Positions 1 through 8,428 are shown, counted from the stretch's first letter. The stretch is 35,149 nucleotides of DNA from a bacterium (GCA_043800755.1 JAZDMQ010000126.1:1-35149), one strand, 5' to 3'. Notes: a model not told the origin generated them from the sequence alone. Made by a program: numbers and translations.

Positions 1-403
1 CCCGATAGGGACGTCCCTTCACCCATGCCGGATAGAAGGAGAAGGCGATCTTCATCTCCGACTCTCCCGTGTTGCCGATGCAATGGGGATAGCCTGCCGG
101 GACGAAAAAGGCCCGTCCCGGTTTGAGCTCGTAACGCTCCAACTGATCTCGGGACGGGCCTAAAAGGACAAAGCCCCCGCCAGATACCACATACTCCGAT
201 TCATCATATTCCATATGGGCGTGAGGCACCATCGGCTCCGGTTGGCCTGGCGGGATGACCATCGTGCCCAGCACCGCATTAGCGCATCCGATTGTCTCCT
301 GATCGAAGAGCGTGCGGATAAAGCAGACGGCGGAGGAGCCCTCGCGTTGCACCCTCACCGGAGGGATCTTCTCCTCATCGGCGAACAGCTTCCGCTGATC
401 CAT
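1..403 (-). CDS. Cupin-domain protein (3' end runs off the window)
   Basis: Manual translation from ATG at 403 gives MDQRKLFADEEKIPPVRVQREG...PHAHMEYDESEYVVSG...LKPGRAFFVPAGYPHCIGNTGE..., with the cupin HxH-x4-E and GxxxxxPxGxPH motifs. The frame stays open to position 1, so the ORF track misses it. Confidence 0.85.
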   Translation of the reverse strand, partial: MDQRKLFADEEKIPPVRVQREGSSAVCFIRTLFDQETIGCANAVLGTMVIPPGQPEPMVPHAHMEYDESEYVVSGGGFVLLGPSRDQLERYELKPGRAFFVPAGYPHCIGNTGESEMKIAFSFYPAWVKGRPYR

Positions 404-434
404 AATTCCACCCCCTGATTTAGAATTCCTGCCC

Positions 435-463
435 TTATTAGCACAAGGAATAGGGGTTGTCAA
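435..463 (-). promoter_or_regulatory. Putative sigma70 promoter for the cupin gene
   Basis: TTGACA, about 17 nt, then TAATAA with a TGn extended -10, about 30 nt upstream of the ATG. Confidence 0.55.
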
Positions 464-561
464 ATCTTTCTTGCCTCCCCTCAATCTCCCTTCGAATAAG
501 GTTGGCAATGTGTTCCCTTCGAAGCTCACGCACATCAAACTCGGCCTATTCGCTTTTTGGG

Positions 562-590
562 TTGATGGGGCCCCGTTCATCTGCTAAGAT
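562..590 (+). promoter_or_regulatory. Putative sigma70 promoter for the SDR-UroD-family genes
   Basis: TTGATG-17 nt-TAAGAT with a TGn extended -10. Confidence 0.4.
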
Positions 591-627
591 TTGATAAATT
601 TTCCCTGTCCCATAGAGGAGGAGACGG

Positions 628-1398
628 ATGAAACCATCGTTATTCGATCTTACGGGGCGAGTCGCCATTGTCACCGGTGGAAATCAAGGCATCGGGCTGG
701 CCATGGCCGAGGCCCTGGCCTCGGCCGGGGCAGACCTTATTATCGCCAACCGCCGTGAGGAAGAAGGAAAGAAGGCCGCTGCCCAAATGCAAGAAAAATA
801 TAAAGTCAGAGCCAAGGCAATTCCTACTGATGTCGCCGATCGATCGTCGGTCAGCCGGATGGTAAAGGAGGCGCAAAAGGCCTGGGGAAAGATCGATATC
901 CTGGTCAACAATGCCGGGGTGATTGTGAGGAAGAGCATCGAGGAGACCGAGGAATCCGATTGGGACTGGCTCATGGATATCAATCTGAAGGGTTATTTCC
1001 TCTGCTGCCAGGCGGTAACCCCCATCATGAAAGCCCAGGGCCATGGAAAGATCATCAATGTCTCCTCCACCTCCTCCCTCATCGGCATGAAGGAACGGGT
1101 CGCCTATTGCTCCAGCAAGGGCGGCGTCTCCCAACTCACGCGGGCCCTGGCCGTCGAGCTCGCCACGGACAATATCCAGGTGAATGCCCTGGCCCCCGGC
1201 TTCATCCGCACCGCCCTGAACAACGAGTACTTTGAGAAGAACCCCAGCCATTATGAGAGATTTGTGACCAATATCCCGATGGGGCGGGTGGGAAATCCCG
1301 AGGAACTCGCCGGGATCACCATTTACCTGGCATCCGATGCCTCCAGTTACACCACTGGGCAGCTCTTCGTGGTGGACGGAGGCTGGACCACCTGGTAG
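628..1398 (+). CDS. Classical short-chain dehydrogenase/reductase (gluconate 5-dehydrogenase/KduD-like)
   Basis: TGGNQGIG, NNAG and YCSSK motifs, C-terminal VDGG; strong GGAGG RBS. Confidence 0.9.
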   Translation: MKPSLFDLTGRVAIVTGGNQGIGLAMAEALASAGADLIIANRREEEGKKAAAQMQEKYKVRAKAIPTDVADRSSVSRMVKEAQKAWGKIDILVNNAGVIVRKSIEETEESDWDWLMDINLKGYFLCCQAVTPIMKAQGHGKIINVSSTSSLIGMKERVAYCSSKGGVSQLTRALAVELATDNIQVNALAPGFIRTALNNEYFEKNPSHYERFVTNIPMGRVGNPEELAGITIYLASDASSYTTGQLFVVDGGWTTW

Positions 1399-1441
1399 GC
1401 ACTCGCACCTTTACGAAAAAAGAGAAAAGACAGGAGGGATT

Positions 1442-2578
1442 ATGGCAACCATGACCCATCGTGAGCGGGTGATGCGGGCTTTAGATCATCAGGAATCGGA
1501 TCGGATCCCGCTCGATTTGGGGGCGACCCGCTCTACCTCCCTGGTGGTGGAGGCTTATGATAACCTAAATCGACACCTGGGCATCCAGGCCCCCACCCGG
1601 ATCTTCAGCAAATGGCTGCAAATCGCCCATCCCAATGAGGAGATCCTGGCCCGTTTCGGCATCGACACCCGAAGCGTCAGCCAGGGGGCCCCGGATCACT
1701 GGCAGGATGTGGTATTCCCGGACGGCTCCTACCAGGACGAGTGGGGAACAGTGCGCAGCAAGCCCGCGGGAAGCCTTTATTATGACCTGACCAAGGCCCC
1801 CTTCCAGGGAGAGCCTACTTTGGCCGATTTGAAGCAATTCCCCTGGCCCGACCCTCACGATCCAGGACGAACCCGGGGCCTGGCCGAAGAGGCAAGACGG
1901 CTGCACCAGGACACTGACTACGCGGTGGTGCTTAACATGCCGGGGGGCATCGTGCACCAATCGCAGTTCATGCGCGGCTTCGAGAGCTGGTTCATGGATC
2001 TGATCCTCAATCCGTCCTTCTTCCGCGCCCTCTTGGAGAAGATCGCCGACCTCTGGATCGAGATGGCCAAGGACGAGTTCGATCAGGTAGGGGGGAATAT
2101 CGACCTCTGCTTCTATGGGGACGATATGGCCTTCCAGAATGGCCCGATGATGTCCATGGACCTCTATCGCAAGATGATCAAGCCCTACCATCAGCGCCTC
2201 TTCTCCTACATCAAGTCGCGCACCTCGGCCAAGATCCTCTATCATACCTGTGGCTCCGTAATCCACCTCATCCCCGACCTTATCGAGATCGGGGTGGATG
2301 CCCTCAATCCCGTGCAGGTATCGGCCAAGGACATGGACACCAAGAAACTGAAGCAGGAATTCGGCCGGGACATCTCCTTCTGGGGGGCCATTGATACCCA
2401 GAGGGTCCTTCCCTTCGGCACGAATGAAGAGGTGGCCGCAGAGGTCAGGCGGCGGATTGATGATCTGGGTCCAGGTGGGGGGTATGTGCTGTGCGCGGTC
2501 CACAACATCCAACCCGATGTCTCGCCCGAGAACATCTGCACGATGTACGACACGGCCCGGGAATACAGCCGCGGTTAA
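1442..2578 (+). CDS. Uroporphyrinogen decarboxylase/MtaA-CmuA superfamily protein
   Basis: MTHRERV...DRIP start, DEWG, GDD, HTCG, WGAID, GGYV...HNIQ. Start moved to ATG 1442, which follows a GGAGG RBS. Confidence 0.85.
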   Translation: MATMTHRERVMRALDHQESDRIPLDLGATRSTSLVVEAYDNLNRHLGIQAPTRIFSKWLQIAHPNEEILARFGIDTRSVSQGAPDHWQDVVFPDGSYQDEWGTVRSKPAGSLYYDLTKAPFQGEPTLADLKQFPWPDPHDPGRTRGLAEEARRLHQDTDYAVVLNMPGGIVHQSQFMRGFESWFMDLILNPSFFRALLEKIADLWIEMAKDEFDQVGGNIDLCFYGDDMAFQNGPMMSMDLYRKMIKPYHQRLFSYIKSRTSAKILYHTCGSVIHLIPDLIEIGVDALNPVQVSAKDMDTKKLKQEFGRDISFWGAIDTQRVLPFGTNEEVAAEVRRRIDDLGPGGGYVLCAVHNIQPDVSPENICTMYDTAREYSRG

Positions 2579-2638
2579 CCCGGCGGGGGCGCGGGAGTGC
2601 AAATCCACAGGGTCCCTTGGCGTTGCTCACTTTTTTTC

Positions 2639-2666
2639 TTGACAAGGGTTTGTTTTCTGTTACTTT
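2639..2666 (+). promoter_or_regulatory. Putative sigma70 promoter for the homocysteine genes
   Basis: TTGACA-16 nt-TACTTT with a TGn extended -10 in an AT-rich intergenic patch. Confidence 0.5.
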
Positions 2667-2779
2667 TACCCTTCAAATTTTCCATCCTGTCAGGGAAATT
2701 ACAAAGGAGGTGATGTGGATGCTATGGATCATGTCTGGCCATGAAACAGGGCAAATCCTATCTCAGGAGGTAAACACTC

Positions 2780-3985
2780 ATGGCCAAGACTTACTCAGAG
2801 ATCAACGAAAAAATCAAGCGCGGCGAGGCAGTGGTGGTCACTGTCGAGGAGGTCATTGAGCTCGTCAAGAACAAGGGGAGCAAGAGGGTGGCGCAAGAGG
2901 TGGACGTGGTCACCACCGCGACCTTCGGCCCCATGTGTTCTTCCGGGGCCTTCCTCAACATCGGCCATTCTCAGCCTCGTATCAAGATACATAAGGCCTG
3001 GCTCAACGGCGTCAATGCCTACGCCGGCCTGGCGGCGACAGACCTCTACCTCGGGGCAACCGAGATCCCGGAGGATGATCCCGCCAACAAGGTCTTCCCC
3101 GGGGAATTTCGCTACGGGGGGGGACATGTGATCCAAGACCTGGTGGCCGGAAAGGACATCCAGTTAGAGGCCGTCGCCTATGGCACCCACTGCTACCCCC
3201 GCAAGCGCCTCCACACTTGGATCAACTTAGCCGACCTGAATGAGGCCTTCCTCTTCAATCCCCGCAACGCCTACCAGAACTACAATGTGGCAGTCAATCT
3301 CTCCTCCCAGCCCATCTACACCTACCTGGGGGTGCTGAAGCCGCAGCTCGGCAATGCCAACTACTGCAGCGCCGGGCAATTGAGCCCCCTGCTCAAAGAT
3401 CCATTTTACAGGACCATTGGCATCGGCACCCGCATCTTCCTGGGAGGCGGAATCGGCTATGTGGCCTGGAATGGAACTCAGCACGATCCCACCGCCCTCC
3501 GGGGGGAGAACGGAGTGCCCAGGCGGAGCGCAGGAACCTTGGCCGTCTTAGGAGACATGAAGCAGATGGATCCCCGCTGGCTGGTGGGGGTCAGCTTTTT
3601 AGGCTACGGGACCTCCCTGATGGTCGGCATTGGCCTTCCCATACCCATCCTCGACGAAAAAATCCTGTCTCATGCGGCCATCCCGGATGAGGAGATCTTT
3701 GCCCCGGTGGTGGATTATTCGGAGGCCTACCCCCAGAGAAGGCCCGAGATCCTGGGAGAGGTAAGCTATCAGCAGTTGAAGAGTGGGACGATCCTGATCC
3801 AGGGCAAAGAGGTCCCCACCGCCCCTCTCTCCAGCTATTCGAGGGCCTTAGAGATCGCAGAGATCCTCAAGGGATGGATCAAAGAGGGCAAATTCCTGCT
3901 GGGGGAACCGGTGCAGACTCTCCCCTCGGCCGATTCCGGGATTCAGTTCCACCCCCTAAAGGAACGGCCCATACAAGATCAGTGA
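2780..3985 (+). CDS. Homocysteine biosynthesis protein, L-aspartate semialdehyde sulfurtransferase (DUF39, MA1821/MJ0100-like), without CBS domains
   Basis: KTYSEINEKI...VDVVTTATFGPMCSSGAF, YGGGHVI, NPRNAYQNY and CSAGQLSPLL signatures; followed by a NIL-ferredoxin partner. Confidence 0.9.
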   Translation: MAKTYSEINEKIKRGEAVVVTVEEVIELVKNKGSKRVAQEVDVVTTATFGPMCSSGAFLNIGHSQPRIKIHKAWLNGVNAYAGLAATDLYLGATEIPEDDPANKVFPGEFRYGGGHVIQDLVAGKDIQLEAVAYGTHCYPRKRLHTWINLADLNEAFLFNPRNAYQNYNVAVNLSSQPIYTYLGVLKPQLGNANYCSAGQLSPLLKDPFYRTIGIGTRIFLGGGIGYVAWNGTQHDPTALRGENGVPRRSAGTLAVLGDMKQMDPRWLVGVSFLGYGTSLMVGIGLPIPILDEKILSHAAIPDEEIFAPVVDYSEAYPQRRPEILGEVSYQQLKSGTILIQGKEVPTAPLSSYSRALEIAEILKGWIKEGKFLLGEPVQTLPSADSGIQFHPLKERPIQDQ

Positions 3986-4076
3986 ATTAGGTAGAGGCGA
4001 GCCGGGGTCGGGGCCAGGTTGAGGCCCACCCCCGGAGCCCTTCAAGCCAAGAGGGCCTGGGCGAAAGGAGTTCGTT

Positions 4077-4487
4077 GTGGAGACTTCCAAAAAGATCGTG
4101 TTGAAATTTCCCCGGCGCCTGGCGGATAAGGCCATCGTCTATCGCCTGGTTAAGGACTACAATTTAGAATTTAACATCCTCAAGGCCAGCATCACCCCTT
4201 CGGAAGAGGGACTCATGGTCATGGAGCTGGTGGGCACAGAGGAAGACCACCGTCGGGGAATGAACTATCTCCTCCAGAGTGGGGTGCAGGTTCAGCCCCT
4301 GAGCAAGGACATCCTCTGGAACGAGGATCGCTGCACCCATTGTGGGGCGTGCACCGTCCTCTGTCCCTCGGGGGCCCTGATCATGGATCGGAAGACCATG
4401 AGGGTCTCCTTCGACTCAGGGCAGTGCGTGGCCTGCGCGATCTGCGTCAAGCCATGCCCCCCGCGGGCGATCGAGGTTCACTTCTAA
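4077..4487 (+). CDS. NIL domain + 2x[4Fe-4S] ferredoxin (MA1822-like partner subunit)
   Basis: NIL motif (FNILKA) and two CxxCxxCxxxCP-type motifs; GTG start after AGGAG. Confidence 0.88.
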   Translation: METSKKIVLKFPRRLADKAIVYRLVKDYNLEFNILKASITPSEEGLMVMELVGTEEDHRRGMNYLLQSGVQVQPLSKDILWNEDRCTHCGACTVLCPSGALIMDRKTMRVSFDSGQCVACAICVKPCPPRAIEVHF

Positions 4488-4511
4488 TAAAAGGCGTCGG
4501 GCCACCGGCGG

Positions 4512-4907
4512 CTAGGACCGGATAATCCTCATCCAGACCTCACGCCGCCGTGGCCCGTCGAACTCACACAAGTAAAGGGATTGCCAGGTCCCGAGGCAGA
4601 GCTTCCCTCCCTGGAGGAAGACCACCACCGAGGAACCAACCAGGCTCGCCTTGATGTGCGCCGCGGCGTTCCCTTCAGTGTGTCGATAATCGTCCTCCTG
4701 CGGGATGACCTGGTCCAGCTCCTTCAGGATATCCTGACGCACCGAGGGATCTGCGCCCTCATTGATGGTGATGCCGGCAGTGGTATGGGGAACAAAGAGA
4801 TAACAGACCCCCTCGGCAATCTCCTCCTCGGAAATTGCCCTCTCGACCTTTTCTGTGATGTCTACCATTTCAGTAGCCTTTGAGGTCCGCACCTGAATCC
4901 GCTTCAA
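4512..4907 (-). CDS. yjbQ: YjbQ/UPF0047 family protein
   Basis: HTTAGITINE, H.EGNAAAHIKASL and LGTWQ...EFDGPR motifs. Confidence 0.9.
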   Translation of the reverse strand: MKRIQVRTSKATEMVDITEKVERAISEEEIAEGVCYLFVPHTTAGITINEGADPSVRQDILKELDQVIPQEDDYRHTEGNAAAHIKASLVGSSVVVFLQGGKLCLGTWQSLYLCEFDGPRRREVWMRIIRS

Positions 4908-4960
4908 TCGCTCTCACCTCCTTGCCAGACCGAGATAGGAAGGTAGAATATTCCCCCCCC

Positions 4961-5623
4961 CTATTCCGCGAAATGGGGCGTCTGATCCCCCAGAGACCTC
5001 AGCACACAGCCTTTGCATCGCGGGCGGCTCAGACAACTCGTTTTCCCTGCTCGCACAATCAGGGCATGATATTCATTATAAAGCCGGGCATCCCGGGGAA
5101 GTGTATCCATGAAGAGGGCCTGCAACTCCTCGTAGGTACCCCCTGGCCGGATGAAACCGTGACGGGAGAAGATCCTCCGGGTGTAGGCATCCACCACAAA
5201 GATGGGGTATCCGCCGGCGTAGAGCAGGATAGAATCTGCGGTCTCAGGACCGATCCCCTTCACCCCCAGAAGACTCTCCCGCACCTCGCTTAGAGGCTGG
5301 TTAAACATCGCCTCCAGGCTGAATTCATACCGCTCCTTGAAGAAGGCCAGAAAATGGTGCAGGCGGTCGGCTTTCACCCGATAGTAGCCCGAGGGCCGAA
5401 TCAGCCCTGCCAGCTCCTGAGAATCGAGAGCCGCCATCTCCCGCGGAGAAAGGACTCCCGCCTCCTTCAAATTGGTGATGGCCTTCTCCACATTGGCCCA
5501 GGAGGTGTTTTGCGCCAGGATGGCCCCCACGATCACCTCGAAGGGGCCATCCCCCGGCCACCATTGCTGGGGGCCGAAGTATCGGTAGAGCCGCCGGTAG
5601 ACCGCCAACAGCCGCTTTCTCAA
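4961..5623 (-). CDS. HhH-GPD endonuclease III-related DNA glycosylase
   Basis: WWP, GAILAQNTSW, HhH GIGPETAD, VVDAY and a C-terminal Cys cluster. Confidence 0.85.
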   Translation of the reverse strand: MRKRLLAVYRRLYRYFGPQQWWPGDGPFEVIVGAILAQNTSWANVEKAITNLKEAGVLSPREMAALDSQELAGLIRPSGYYRVKADRLHHFLAFFKERYEFSLEAMFNQPLSEVRESLLGVKGIGPETADSILLYAGGYPIFVVDAYTRRIFSRHGFIRPGGTYEELQALFMDTLPRDARLYNEYHALIVRAGKTSCLSRPRCKGCVLRSLGDQTPHFAE

Positions 5624-5714
5624 TCCCTTCCTTCACCTCCTTCTCGTTCGTGGCGGGATTTTAGCAAAGAAACCGGGCAAAACCAAGGGAAGAGTGGGGT
5701 TCCAGACACATGAC

Positions 5715-5744
5715 TTGACAGGCGCCCCGGCTCCATGTTATAAA
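5715..5744 (+). promoter_or_regulatory. sigma70 promoter of the TetR gene
   Basis: TTGACA (5715-5720), 18 nt, then TATAAA with a TGn extension. Confidence 0.65.
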
Positions 5745-5766
5745 ATGAATGAACATTCAGTCATTT
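5743..5766. promoter_or_regulatory. Putative TetR operator (imperfect palindrome)
   Basis: AAATGAATGAACATTCAGTCATTT matches its reverse complement at 20/24 positions and overlaps the -10/+1 region, which is typical of TetR autoregulation. Confidence 0.7.
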
Positions 5767-5786
5767 GTTTTCCCAGGAGGTTTGAA

Positions 5787-6404
5787 GTGAGGACGGCCAA
5801 CCAAAAGGGGGAATTGAAGGAACATCGCCGCCGTGAGATCTTGAGCGCAGCGGCCAAGGCCTTTGCCGAGAAAGGTTACCACCCTACGACCATCGAGGAG
5901 ATCTCGGAGACGGTGGACCTGGCGAAGGGAACCATCTATCTTTACTTCCCCAGCAAAGAGGCCCTCTTCCTGGCAGTGATCGAGGATGGGGTCCAGCGAA
6001 TGGTGGAGCTCATCGATGAGGCGGCCAATCTCCGGGGACGCATTCAGGAGAGGTTGACGACCCTCCTCAACGCCATGCTGATCTTCCATTGGGAGAATCA
6101 AGATTTCTTTCGGCTTTTCATCAAAGAAGCGAGCGCCCTGGAACGGAACTCGCAGGATGACCTGAGGAGCAAGTGCGTCCGCCTGCACGAGATGCTCCTC
6201 GCCCGTCTGAACCGAATTATGGGGCAAGGGATTCAGCAGGGTGAACTGCGCAGCATGGACCCCTCGACCCTCTCGACCCTGTTTCTCGCTATAGTCCACG
6301 CCCTCTCCTATCGCGGCCTTCGCAATGCCACCTTGCCCGCCTTCGCCTCTTCTGCCCCCCTGATCGTAGACTGTTTCCTATCTGGAGTGCAGGCGAGGGC
6401 TTAA
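5787..6404 (+). CDS. TetR/AcrR family transcriptional regulator
   Basis: ILSAAAKAFAEKGY...AKGTIYLYFPSKE helix-turn-helix; GTG start after AGGAGG. Confidence 0.9.
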   Translation: MRTANQKGELKEHRRREILSAAAKAFAEKGYHPTTIEEISETVDLAKGTIYLYFPSKEALFLAVIEDGVQRMVELIDEAANLRGRIQERLTTLLNAMLIFHWENQDFFRLFIKEASALERNSQDDLRSKCVRLHEMLLARLNRIMGQGIQQGELRSMDPSTLSTLFLAIVHALSYRGLRNATLPAFASSAPLIVDCFLSGVQARA

Positions 6405-6432
6405 GGGGCTTGGGGGAACTCTCCTTCACGAA

Positions 6433-6939
6433 ATGAGCAAAAAAGGCAGTCACATGAAGAAAACACTATCGATCTTTGCCTACATTTGCCTTGGTCCTGC
6501 CCTCTGTTCTCTCTTGTTCTCGGCCTGCAAGAAGAAGGAGGTCGAGGTACCAAGGGAGAAGGTGATCAATGCTCGGTCCCAGTCCGCGGAGAAAAGGGCC
6601 GTGAGACCATTTATCAATGCCATCGGGACACTGAATCCCTACGAGGAGGTTGTTGTCAGCGCCGAGGTGGACGGAATCCTGAAAGAGGTCCACGTCGATG
6701 AAGGAACGGTGGTCTCAAGAGGGAGGGCCTTGGACGTTATCGATGAGACAGAATACAGACTCCAGGTTCAGACGGCGGAAGCGGCCTTAAAACAGGCAGA
6801 GGCGAATCGCGCCAATGCCAAATTGGAGATTCAGAGGATGGAGTCCCTCTTTCGGGAAGGTCTGATCACCAAACAGCAGTTTGACGATGTGTCCACCCGA
6901 TTGTCCATTGCTGAGGCCGAGGTGGAAAAAGGGGCTTGA
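6433..6939 (+). pseudogene. Truncated RND efflux periplasmic adaptor (MFP) lipoprotein
   Basis: Lipobox LFSAC, GTL.P...SAEVDGILKEVHVDEG lipoyl half and an alpha-hairpin. It stops at 168 aa within the hairpin, and no transporter gene follows. Confidence 0.75.
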
Positions 6940-7389
6940 ATGGGAAGGGTTTTAGGGCTGGATCTGGGAGATGCCCGGGTCGGACTGGCGATCAGCGATG
7001 ATTTGAAGAGACTGGCCCGGGGGTTGTCCACCGTAAGGGGCAAAGAGCGACATCGGATTTTCTCCATCCTGGGCGAGATGATTGGACAGTTCGAGGTGGA
7101 AGAGATCGTAGTGGGCCTGCCCAAGAACATGGACGGAAGCCTGGGGAGACAGGCGGGAAAGGCGCTGGCCTTTGCGGAGGCACTAAAAAAGCAGTTCGGG
7201 GTGCCGGTAACCACCTGGGACGAGCGCCTCACCACGGTGGCCGCCAAGAGGGCCCTGATCGATTCCGGGACCAGGCGATCCGGCCGGGGTCGGGAGGCCA
7301 TCGACCGCGTGTCGGCCATCTTAATCCTCCAGGGATACCTGGATTCCCTCTTCCTTCAGGGCACGGCCAACCATAAAGAACAGGGATAA
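6940..7389 (+). CDS. ruvX: Holliday junction resolvase-like/pre-16S rRNA nuclease RuvX (YqgF)
   Basis: LGLDLG..RVGLAISD, VVGLP, WDERLTT and D..SAILILQ motifs. Confidence 0.92.
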   Translation: MGRVLGLDLGDARVGLAISDDLKRLARGLSTVRGKERHRIFSILGEMIGQFEVEEIVVGLPKNMDGSLGRQAGKALAFAEALKKQFGVPVTTWDERLTTVAAKRALIDSGTRRSGRGREAIDRVSAILILQGYLDSLFLQGTANHKEQG

Positions 7390-7396
7390 TCATTTA

Positions 7397-8428
7397 TTGA
7401 AAAAGAAGATCCCAAGCCAGCTCTTGCTCGTCCTTCCTTTGAGCCTGCTATTCCTGATTGCGCTGGGCATCCATTTCTATGCAGGCCATCAGAGCAAATT
7501 AGCGAGGGCGAGCGAGCGAGAAAGCCAGATTGTCAAGATCGAACCCCAATTGGGGGTAGCGGAGATCGCGCAGGCACTCAAACAAAGGGGCATCATCAGG
7601 AGTTCCCGGCTTTTCCTGTTGGCTGCCTTCCTCAAGGGTTCCGCCACCGAGCTCAAGGCCGGAGAATATGCCTTCACCCCGGGTATGTCCCTTCTGGAAA
7701 TCATAAGAAAGTTGGAGCGGGGGGACATCTTTCATTACGCGGTCACCATCCCCGAGGGCTACACCCTGCGCGACATCGCCCAGCACCTCAACTCCTTGGG
7801 CCTGGCGGACCCGGAGAGATTCCTTCGTCTCTGCCACGACCAGGGGATCATCTCCCGGTACGGAATTAAGGCGCACAGCTTGGAGGGATACCTCTTTCCC
7901 GATACCTACTATTTGATGAAAGGGTTGAAGGAAGAAGAGATCATTGAACGGATGGTGCTCCGGTTCCTTCAGATCTTCTCCCCCAAGCAAGAGCAATGGG
8001 CCAAGGGATTGGCGATGAGCCGTCACCAGGTGGTCACCTTGGCCTCCCTAATCGAGGCGGAGACCCCCCACGGAGAGGAAAGATACCTGGTGTCTTCCGT
8101 GTTTCACCGCCGCTTGAAGCTAAAGATGCCCCTGCAATGTGATCCCACCGTCATCTATGCCGTTGCACAAGAATATGGCAAGAAGAGCCGGCTGAGCCGG
8201 CGCCACCTCAACTTCCCTTCCCCCTACAATACCTACCTTCACCCCGGCCTTCCCCCCGGCCCCATCTGCAACCCCGGAGCGGCCTCCCTGGAGGCCGCCC
8301 TCGCGCCGGCCTCCTCCTCTTATCTCTATTTCGTCTCCAAAGGCAATGGGACTCACCATTTCTCCTCTACCTGGATGGAGCATTCTCGGGCGGTGCGGCA
8401 ATACCAATCTCGCCGGCCCGGAAGTTGA
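7397..8428 (+). CDS. mltG: Endolytic transglycosylase MltG (YceG)
   Basis: N-terminal TM helix, LEGYLFPDTY, LASLIEAE, LQCDPT, SPYNTY..GLPPGPICNPG; conserved position after ruvX. Confidence 0.93.
   Translation: MKKKIPSQLLLVLPLSLLFLIALGIHFYAGHQSKLARASERESQIVKIEPQLGVAEIAQALKQRGIIRSSRLFLLAAFLKGSATELKAGEYAFTPGMSLLEIIRKLERGDIFHYAVTIPEGYTLRDIAQHLNSLGLADPERFLRLCHDQGIISRYGIKAHSLEGYLFPDTYYLMKGLKEEEIIERMVLRFLQIFSPKQEQWAKGLAMSRHQVVTLASLIEAETPHGEERYLVSSVFHRRLKLKMPLQCDPTVIYAVAQEYGKKSRLSRRHLNFPSPYNTYLHPGLPPGPICNPGAASLEAALAPASSSYLYFVSKGNGTHHFSSTWMEHSRAVRQYQSRRPGS

Noticed and set aside
215..418. 67-aa plus-strand ORF from the track
   Set aside because: It is an antisense shadow of the real minus-strand cupin gene.
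2570..2636. Loose resemblance to a c-di-GMP-I (GEMM) riboswitch (GGTTAACCCG...GGGAGTGCAAATCCACAGGGTCCC) followed by a T-run
   Set aside because: It has no GNRA loop and no tetraloop receptor or complete P3, and it lies upstream of the predicted promoter. A weak terminator or chance match is more likely. An Infernal search would settle it.
6937..6942. Possible TGA read-through (selenocysteine) fusing the MFP fragment in frame to RuvX
   Set aside because: The position does not correspond to a Cys, no SECIS-like hairpin was recognised, and fusing an exported lipoprotein to a cytoplasmic nuclease is implausible.
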